A DNA stretch of 32,000 nucleotides from positions 1,800,001 through 1,832,000 of the forward strand of contig NZ_CP034549.1 of assembly GCF_003966335.1 (NCBI RefSeq), written 5' to 3'. The first letter of the stretch is position 1. Each line of letters opens with the position of its first letter. The notes under the pieces were generated by a model. The model did not search any database and was not told the DNA's origin. It saw nothing but the letters and a program-made list of their open reading frames with translations. This document shows, piece after piece, positions 25,689 through 32,000 of this stretch. The translations under genes and the position numbers were made by a program. The DNA is from Nonlabens ponticola (GTDB lineage: Bacteria > Bacteroidota > Bacteroidia > Flavobacteriales > Flavobacteriaceae).

Positions 25689-26375
25689 TTAGGAAGATAC
25701 GGCTTTCCAGATAGCATCGTGCGCAGGTACCGGCGCAATAATCGTTATAAGTTCTTTCTTGACAGGATGTATAAAAGATAGCGATCGGGCATGTAAATGG
25801 ATGCTGGCATCTTTATTACTGCGACGCGCACCATATTTTAAATCACCTTTAATTACCTTGCCAACTTTGCTTAGCTGGGATCGTATTTGATGATGGCGTC
25901 CTGTTTCTAGTTGAATTTCTAGTGCCGTATAATTATCCAATTTCTTGAGAAGCGAGTAGGTGAGTACCGCTTTTTTAGAATTGGGAACCTCGTGATCGTG
26001 GGCATAGCTTTTGTTTTGCTTAGGGTTGCGCAACAAGTAGTGAACTAATTTCTCACTTTTCTTCTTGACTTGACCTTCAACCACTGCCCAATAAGTTTTA
26101 TCGGTTTTATGATCTGCAAATAGCTTATTCATGCGCGAGAGCGCTTTGGAAGTTTTGGTAAAAATCACAACGCCGCTTGTCGGGCGATCCAGCCTGTGAG
26201 TAACGCCTAGGTAAACGGCGCCAGGTTTGTCATATTTAACGGCTATGTATTCCTTGATTAGATCTGGTAAGGTGACATCACCTGTCTTATCTCCTTGAAC
26301 CAAATCACCAGAAAATTTATTGACGGCAATCAAATGATTGTCCTCATATAATATGCGATTAGGATCTAGTTGCAT
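25689..26375 (-). CDS. RluA family pseudouridine synthase (no S4 domain)
   Basis: HRLDRPTSGVVIF catalytic motif and GRHHQIR. The start shares 1 nt with the upstream gene's stop. Confidence 0.88.
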   Translation of the reverse strand: MQLDPNRILYEDNHLIAVNKFSGDLVQGDKTGDVTLPDLIKEYIAVKYDKPGAVYLGVTHRLDRPTSGVVIFTKTSKALSRMNKLFADHKTDKTYWAVVEGQVKKKSEKLVHYLLRNPKQNKSYAHDHEVPNSKKAVLTYSLLKKLDNYTALEIQLETGRHHQIRSQLSKVGKVIKGDLKYGARRSNKDASIHLHARSLSFIHPVKKELITIIAPVPAHDAIWKAVSS

Positions 26376-27496
26376 TATAAATCCTTGCGGTAAATACGAC
26401 GTCGCTTGTGTAGGATAGGTTCATAGTCTTTCCATAGAGCTTGTACCGCTATATTATCCTCAAGCTCTGGATTGGTCTCACACAACTCAATGCCATAATC
26501 CATAAAGTTTTGCGTCACGTTGCGGAACATCATCGCGGTAACACCTTTACCCTGTAAACGTGGATGAATACCTATCAGGTAAAAAGCTGCACGATCATTT
26601 TTCTTTTTAGCTTTCAATAAATGCATAAAACCAAAAGGCCATAGTTTTCCTTTTGCTTTTTGAAGAGCTTTAGAAAATGAGGGCATCGTAATGGCAAATG
26701 CTACCAGCTTACCTTCTTTATCCACCACGCATTCCAAATAATCTGGATTGATAAACGGCAGGTACTTTTCACGATAAAGATCGATCTGATATTGCTGGAT
26801 AGGCACGAAGGTTACCAGGTTTGAATAGGTCTGATTGAGCAATTCAAACATGGCATCGACATAGGGCTCTACTTCTTTGATATTCTTGAACTTCAAGGTG
26901 GTGAGCTCATATCTTTTGGCGATGAGATCTGCAAACTTGTGGAAGCGTTCTGGAATTGGGTTGGGTGGTATGAATTTAAACTCGACCCATTCAGCACTTT
27001 TTATGTAGCCTAGTTGTTCTAGATGTTCCTTATAATAAGGATGATTGTACCAGGTAATCATGGTGGCTAGCTCATCATAACCTTTAACAAGCATTCCTGC
27101 TTTATCCATAAGCGTAAAACCTACTGGACCTTCTGTGTACTCTAGCTTGTTCTCGCTGCCTATCTTTCGAACTTCGGCGAGTAAAGCTTTAGTCACTTCA
27201 ATATCGTCGATCATATCTAACCAACCGAATCGCATCTTAGGTTTGCCTTGCTCTTTTACTTCTAGATGATTGATGATTGCAGCGATGCGTCCTACTATTT
27301 TGCTTTCGCGATAAGCAAGAAATAGCCAGCAATCTGCATTTTGAAAAACCTGATTTTTATCAGGATCAAAATTGTCGATCTCGTCATTTATAATAGGAGG
27401 TACGTAGTATGGATTATCCTTGTAAAGCTCCATGGGAAACTTGACAAACTTTTTAATATCCTTGCGTGAGGTAATACGTTGAACAGTTAAACTCAT
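26375..27496 (-). CDS. conserved hypothetical protein, probable GNAT-fold acyltransferase-like
   Basis: 373-aa ORF. C-terminal YLIGIHPRLQGKGVTAMMF resembles the GNAT acyl-CoA-binding motif (Q/RxxGxG/A). N-terminal FPMELYKDNPYYVPP. Assignment by eye. Confidence 0.45.
   Translation of the reverse strand: MSLTVQRITSRKDIKKFVKFPMELYKDNPYYVPPIINDEIDNFDPDKNQVFQNADCWLFLAYRESKIVGRIAAIINHLEVKEQGKPKMRFGWLDMIDDIEVTKALLAEVRKIGSENKLEYTEGPVGFTLMDKAGMLVKGYDELATMITWYNHPYYKEHLEQLGYIKSAEWVEFKFIPPNPIPERFHKFADLIAKRYELTTLKFKNIKEVEPYVDAMFELLNQTYSNLVTFVPIQQYQIDLYREKYLPFINPDYLECVVDKEGKLVAFAITMPSFSKALQKAKGKLWPFGFMHLLKAKKKNDRAAFYLIGIHPRLQGKGVTAMMFRNVTQNFMDYGIELCETNPELEDNIAVQALWKDYEPILHKRRRIYRKDL
27301..27317. repeat. 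degenerate copy of the palindrome core (1-nt insertion) inside the GNAT-like gene
   Basis: TGCTTTCGCGATAAGCA versus the canonical TGCTTTCGCGAAAGCA. Encodes AYRES on the coding strand. Confidence 0.3.
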
Positions 27497-27517
27497 AAAT
27501 AATCGCTGGATAGAAAA

Positions 27518-28411
27518 TTACTGCTTTGGCGCTGGGTCTTTGTGAAAATCAAGTCGGTAACTCATACCTACATTGACCTGATAAAAACTGGGCGTATCCT
27601 TAAAATTGACCGCGCCACTGGCGTCAACTTGCCAGTCCTGATTAATCAAATAGGCTACGCCAGCACGACCTATGTCGTCACTGTAAAAGTCAGAAATCAA
27701 GGTTTGAAACTCACCGAATGCTGCCCAGCGGCGATTAATGCTATGCGTCATGGTTGCAATACCACCATAGCTAGGAAAATCCGTAGTAGCACGATCGGCA
27801 ATGAAATTGAGAACAAGTGCCCAAGGACCCCAATTGTTTTGTGTAATCAACTCAAATCGCGGTGAGATGCTAGGATCTCCTGGTGGCAGCAAGGAGTTTC
27901 TCTCGCTCAAATCAAAATTAGCTCCTACATAAACAGAAACCGCTGGAATGAGATCACGCCATTTAATGCGTCGATTGTCTTTGTAGCTATAGATATTAAT
28001 CTCGCGCTCGCCCCATTTTTTAATTGGATCGAATACCAGATACTTTGCTCCAATCGTGCTGCGAGAAAAGTTAGAAAAACTGTTATCAACGCTACCAAAA
28101 CCACGATTAATAGTCTCATCAACACTGTTAAAAGTCCCAAAATAAGAGAGCTCTAATTCTTCAACGAGAAATCCATATCGTATCTGGAATGCAAGTCCTG
28201 TAAAATCTCTTTCATATCTAAGGATATCATGCTCCTCGCTACGGTAAAAAGCAGAACCTTCAAATTGCACCACATTTGTACCAACTGAAAATGCTCCTTG
28301 TGAGCGCCCAGGATTATTAGTATTAATGGTCTCAGTATATTGAGCGATCGCAAATAGTGGTAAAGACAATACGACTACCAGTGCGATTCTCATCAATTTA
28401 TTCACTTGCAT
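27518..28411 (-). CDS. outer-membrane beta-barrel protein, MetA-pathway/phenol-degradation-like transporter family
   Basis: Signal peptide MRIALVVVLSLPLFAIAQ (an alternative ATG lies at 28393). NNPGRSQGAFSVGTNVVQFEG resembles the family's DRPG...v..g..q.E.G start. Alternating beta-strand pattern, with an aromatic residue near the C-terminus. Confidence 0.55.
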   Translation of the reverse strand: MQVNKLMRIALVVVLSLPLFAIAQYTETINTNNPGRSQGAFSVGTNVVQFEGSAFYRSEEHDILRYERDFTGLAFQIRYGFLVEELELSYFGTFNSVDETINRGFGSVDNSFSNFSRSTIGAKYLVFDPIKKWGEREINIYSYKDNRRIKWRDLIPAVSVYVGANFDLSERNSLLPPGDPSISPRFELITQNNWGPWALVLNFIADRATTDFPSYGGIATMTHSINRRWAAFGEFQTLISDFYSDDIGRAGVAYLINQDWQVDASGAVNFKDTPSFYQVNVGMSYRLDFHKDPAPKQ

Positions 28412-28478
28412 AAATCTATCTTGTACTCAAATTTAAGATTAATTAAAGAGTATCGTGAATATGCCTCTTTAATTTTGA

Positions 28479-28772
28479 TTGCAAAGATACTTTACCTTGA
28501 AATTATTACAGGCCGTTCTTATCATTCTATTAGTATATATGACGGTGCGCATCGTTGTAAAATACTTTGGCAAATCTATTTTGAGATGGGCTGGAGCGAA
28601 GGCTATGGAGCGCGTACAGCGCAACTTTAACCAAGAAAATAGCACAAGTGCAAAGAGGTCAACGGTTGCTGAAGGTGAAGTTAAAGTAGAGCGCAAATCA
28701 ACTACTCAACGTGCTCGCAGTAATCCAAATAAAACAGTAGGCGAGTACGTGGACTATGAAGAAATTGATTAA
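28479..28772 (+). CDS. DUF4834-like small membrane-anchored protein
   Basis: N-terminal hydrophobic helix LLQAVLIILLVYMTVRIVV, basic/low-complexity middle and C-terminal GEYVDYEEID, which is typical of DUF4834 as I recall it. The listed start is a TTG, so the exact start is uncertain. Confidence 0.5.
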   Translation: MQRYFTLKLLQAVLIILLVYMTVRIVVKYFGKSILRWAGAKAMERVQRNFNQENSTSAKRSTVAEGEVKVERKSTTQRARSNPNKTVGEYVDYEEID

Positions 28773-28801
28773 TTTTCATTTTTAATCAGTTTTTCCTTTT
28801 T

Positions 28802-31267
28802 ATGAGCTTTGACTTTAAAAAAATAGCACCGCATCTAGTGGTGTTTGTCATTTTTATAATTGCCGCTTTAGCTTACTTTCATCCAGTTCTCAGCAATAAA
28901 AAACTTTACCAAAGCGACATCGTCCAGTACAAAGGAAATGCTCGCCAACTCATAGAAAATAGGGCAGAGACTGGTGAGGAAATTTATTGGACCAATGCCG
29001 TTTTTGGCGGGATGCCTACTTATCAACTAGGCGCTCGATATCCTTATGACTTTATAGATGCATTGGATCGCGGATTGCGCTTCATGCCGCGACCAGCTGA
29101 TTATTTGTTTCTCTATTTTATTAGTTTTTATGTGTTGATGCTGGTGTTGAGAGTTGACTGGCAGCTAGGATTGATAGGTGCATTTGCCTTTGGATTCTCG
29201 ACATATCTAGTAATTATTCTAGGTGTAGGCCACAATGCCAAGGCTCATGCCATCGCTTATTTCCCACTCGTGTTAAGTGGTATTATTCTGGTTTTTCAAA
29301 AGCGTTATGTAATAGGTGGGTTGCTCACGGCGCTTGCCGTTGCGCTAGAATTGCAGGCCAACCATCCACAAATGACTTATTACTTGTTTATTGCGACAGT
29401 CATTCTGGGTATTGCATATCTCATTGATGCCGTGCGTCGCCAGCAATTGCCTCATTATTTCAAATCTGTCGCGATTATGGCCGTTGCCGCGTTAATAGGT
29501 TTAGGGACCAATGCTGCAAATTTGCTAGCCACGCAGCAGTATAGTCAAGAAAGTACTCGTGGACCTTCTGATCTTACTATTTCAGCTCAAGGCGAAAGCG
29601 TGCAGCCCACAGACGGTCTTGCATATGACTATATCACTCAATATAGTTATGGCCTTACCGAGAGCTTTAACCTAATCATACCTAGGTTTGCTGGCGGCGG
29701 CAGTGGCGCTAGACCAGATGAAGATTCTAATACTGTTGAGTTTTTAGAAAAATTAGGTTTACCTAAAGCTAGCGCGATGGATTTTGTACAAAATCAAGTG
29801 CCCTTATATTGGGGCGACCAGATCATCGTCGAGGCACCAGCCTATATAGGAATTACGGTGTTCTTTCTGGCCGTCATTGCTTTATTCTTAATTAAAGGAA
29901 GACTCAAATGGTGGACGTTGGGAACAGCTATTTTGGCACTCTTACTTTCTTATGGAAAGAACTTAGATTTTCTTACTCGATTCTTCGTGGATTATGTGCC
30001 ATTATATGACAAATTTAGAGCGGTTACTTCTATACAGGTATTGATTGAGTTGGTCATCCCAATTCTAGCAGTAGTCGGGTTGTATCAATTATTCAATAAG
30101 AACAACAAGCTGGAAGAAAAAGGTAAGGCATTGCTGTATGCAGCCATAGGTGTTGGCGGTTTGCTTGCCGTATTTGCAGCATTCGGTAATCAATTATTTG
30201 ATTTTGCAGGAGCTTATGATGCAGCTTACTTGCAACAAGAACAATTAGGCAGTGGCTTTGTCGATGCCTTGAGGCAAGATCGATTTGAAGTGATGCGAGC
30301 AGATAGTTTACGTGGCTTGTTTTACATAGGCGTGATTAGTCTTGCTTTATGGTTGTATTTTAAATCAAAGTTGCAAGAAAACGCGGTACTCATAATTGTT
30401 GGGATTTTTATTCTAGTGGATTTAGTAAGTTTTGATTTGAACTATGTAAACGAGGATGATTATGTGAGCGCTAGCCAATATGACAATGCATTTCAGCGCA
30501 CGCCTATAGATGAGCAGGTGTTACAAGATGATGGTTACTTCAGGGTTTATGATCAATTGATGAATCCTTTCAATAGTGCAAGAGCGCCTTATTTTCATAA
30601 TGCTTTAGGTGGTTATCATGGTGCCAAGCCACGTCGCATTCAGGAGATAGCAGACTTCTATCTTTTTGATCCACAATTGGGAATGCGCTCAGGCCTCAAC
30701 GAGCAAAATCAACAGATCTTGAGCATGTTCAATGTCAAGTATTTGATCGACGTTGATGAGGAAGGTTTACAATTAGTTGAGAATAGAGAAAACTTGGGTG
30801 CCGCATGGTTTGTGAAAGAGTTGCAAGTAGTCAATAACGCTGATGAAGAAATGCTAGCACTAGCAAACCTTGATGGTAAGAAACGAGCTATCATGCAGCA
30901 ATCAGAACTGGAGAAAATAAGTTTGAGTAATATCTCTGTAGATTCCACAGCACAAATCAGATTGATCAGTCACTCACCAGAACAAATGGTGTATCAAAGC
31001 ACCAATAGCAGCGATGCACTTGCCGTATTTTCTGAGGCCTATTATCCGCATGGTTGGATTGCAACTATTGATGGATTAGAAGTTCCTATCGCCAGGGCAA
31101 ACTATGCCTTGCGTGCGCTCAAGGTTCCTGCTGGTAGCCATAAGATAGAATTCACTTTTGAACCAGACGTAGTTGAGACCGGAACGGCTATCATGTTGAC
31201 AAGCAACGTCTTGCTGATTTTGCTATTGCTAGGAGGTACTTTTTATCTCGTACGTAAAAAGAACTGA
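28802..31267 (+). CDS. YfhO-family polytopic membrane protein (GT-C-like glycosyltransferase)
   Basis: 821 aa. Many TM helices in the N-terminal ~560 aa, a large soluble domain, then a final C-terminal TM helix. N-terminal HPVLSNKKLYQSDIVQYKG...YWTNAVFGGMPTYQ is typical of the flavobacterial YfhO-like family. Confidence 0.6.
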   Translation: MSFDFKKIAPHLVVFVIFIIAALAYFHPVLSNKKLYQSDIVQYKGNARQLIENRAETGEEIYWTNAVFGGMPTYQLGARYPYDFIDALDRGLRFMPRPADYLFLYFISFYVLMLVLRVDWQLGLIGAFAFGFSTYLVIILGVGHNAKAHAIAYFPLVLSGIILVFQKRYVIGGLLTALAVALELQANHPQMTYYLFIATVILGIAYLIDAVRRQQLPHYFKSVAIMAVAALIGLGTNAANLLATQQYSQESTRGPSDLTISAQGESVQPTDGLAYDYITQYSYGLTESFNLIIPRFAGGGSGARPDEDSNTVEFLEKLGLPKASAMDFVQNQVPLYWGDQIIVEAPAYIGITVFFLAVIALFLIKGRLKWWTLGTAILALLLSYGKNLDFLTRFFVDYVPLYDKFRAVTSIQVLIELVIPILAVVGLYQLFNKNNKLEEKGKALLYAAIGVGGLLAVFAAFGNQLFDFAGAYDAAYLQQEQLGSGFVDALRQDRFEVMRADSLRGLFYIGVISLALWLYFKSKLQENAVLIIVGIFILVDLVSFDLNYVNEDDYVSASQYDNAFQRTPIDEQVLQDDGYFRVYDQLMNPFNSARAPYFHNALGGYHGAKPRRIQEIADFYLFDPQLGMRSGLNEQNQQILSMFNVKYLIDVDEEGLQLVENRENLGAAWFVKELQVVNNADEEMLALANLDGKKRAIMQQSELEKISLSNISVDSTAQIRLISHSPEQMVYQSTNSSDALAVFSEAYYPHGWIATIDGLEVPIARANYALRALKVPAGSHKIEFTFEPDVVETGTAIMLTSNVLLILLLLGGTFYLVRKKN

Positions 31268-32000
31268 TGCAATCTTCTATATACATCGTTTGCTATTACT
31301 GGCCACCGGCTGGCGGACCTGGCGTGCAGCGATGGTTGACAATGTCTCATTATTTAGTTGAATCTAATTACCACGTCACCGTCGTGATTCCAGAAAATGC
31401 TGATTACCCAGTCACAGATGCAAGCCTGACCAATGACATAAATCCAAAAATCACCATCAAAAAAATTGCCATCAAGGAACCAACCCGATGGATAAAAAAG
31501 ATTCTAGGTGGTAAGACTGCACAGCTACAAAAAGGTATCTTAAATAAAAAACCTGGACTGCTGGAACGCGCATTACTTTGGGTGCGTGGTAATTATTTTA
31601 TTCCAGATGCTCGTAAATCATGGGCTGATAGAGTAGTGCAGGAGCTAGAAAATGATTCTGCTTTCGCGAAAGCAAAAACTCTCATAACGACTGGACCACC
31701 ACATTCTGTACATCTCGTAGGATTGAAATTAAAAAAGAGGTTTACTAAAAACATCGAGTGGATCGCGGACTTTAGGGATCCATGGACTACCATAGGCTAT
31801 CACGACAAATTGCGATTATCGCTAAATGCTCAAGAAAAACACTTAAAACTTGAAAAGCAAGTGCTAGACAGCGCAGATAAATTGCTGGTAACAAGTCCTA
31901 CAACAAGAGCAGAATTTGAAGCCAAAACCAAAACAGCAATAACTGTCATCACCAATGGCTTCAACATAGAACCTAACAATACATCACAACCAGCTGGAAA
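31267..32000 (+). CDS. glycosyltransferase family 4-like protein, C-terminus beyond the window
   Basis: Not in the ORF track because it has no stop in the window. My translation from the ATG at 31267 (shares 1 nt with the YfhO stop TGA) is MQSSIYIVCYYWPPAGGPGVQRWLTMSHYLVESNYHVTVVIPEN...TTGPPHSVHLVGLKLKKRF...FRDPWTT, and the frame stays open to nt 32000. Confidence 0.6.
   Translation, partial: MQSSIYIVCYYWPPAGGPGVQRWLTMSHYLVESNYHVTVVIPENADYPVTDASLTNDINPKITIKKIAIKEPTRWIKKILGGKTAQLQKGILNKKPGLLERALLWVRGNYFIPDARKSWADRVVQELENDSAFAKAKTLITTGPPHSVHLVGLKLKKRFTKNIEWIADFRDPWTTIGYHDKLRLSLNAQEKHLKLEKQVLDSADKLLVTSPTTRAEFEAKTKTAITVITNGFNIEPNNTSQPAG
31659..31674. repeat. copy of the palindrome core inside the GT4 gene
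   Basis: TGCTTTCGCGAAAGCA is a 16-nt perfect palindrome containing the exact 12-mer. It reads TCT GCT TTC GCG AAA GCA = S-A-F-A-K-A. Confidence 0.4.

Noticed and set aside
29590-29600. Half-site GCGAAAGCGTG in the YfhO gene, resembling the right half of the palindromic element.
   Set aside because: Only about 9 nt match, which is within chance expectation (about 0.2 per window). There is no left half and no flanking arm similarity.
31659-31674. Possibility that the palindrome TGCTTTCGCGAAAGCA is a parS site (parS consensus TGTTTCACGTGAAACA).
   Set aside because: Only 8 of 16 positions match. Seven copies in 32 kb is far denser than parS sites normally are, and most copies sit in terminator-like hairpins.
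1-32000. Scan for CRISPR arrays, tRNA or rRNA genes, IS elements or transposases, integrases, prophage genes, and defence or toxin-antitoxin modules.
   Set aside because: Every intergenic gap is 221 bp or shorter and is accounted for by hairpins, repeats or leaders. No ORF shows transposase, integrase, nuclease-helicase or other defence-type motifs that I can recognise.

Overview
Dense, mostly housekeeping chromosomal segment: about 30 CDS in short co-directional operons, several with 1-26 nt overlaps. Protein sequences and gene order (DUF349-aroE-DUF368; relA/spoT-fur-purA) suggest a marine Flavobacteriaceae (Bacteroidota) genome; this is inference, no search was run. Recognisable genes are gap, aroE, purA, a Fur-family regulator, a long Rel/SpoT, murA, amt, a beta-carbonic anhydrase, tsaC, two pseudouridine synthases, an ALDH3-type dehydrogenase, an alpha/beta hydrolase, a TlpA-like lipoprotein, two DUF368 membrane proteins, two CotH-like proteins, and YfhO plus a GT4 glycosyltransferase. 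I found no rRNA, tRNA, CRISPR array, transposase, integrase, phage gene or recognisable defence or toxin-antitoxin module, so I cannot honestly nominate a novel multi-gene protein system. The most unusual signal is at DNA level. The exact 12-nt palindrome CTTTCGCGAAAG occurs 7 times in 32 kb, against a chance expectation of about 0.002. Four copies are cores of longer GT-rich/AC-rich hairpin elements just downstream of the stop codons of four genes. Three copies lie inside CDS in three different reading frames. The aroE copy carries the element's flanking arm and looks like an in-frame insertion of roughly 10 codons, comparable to Rickettsia palindromic elements. Secondary points are a lower-GC tandem pair of exported CotH-like proteins, Asp at the fosfomycin-target Cys position of MurA, tandem DUF368 paralogs overlapping aroE, and a few uncharacterised exported proteins. 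All family assignments come from motifs read by eye; no HMM or BLAST was available.
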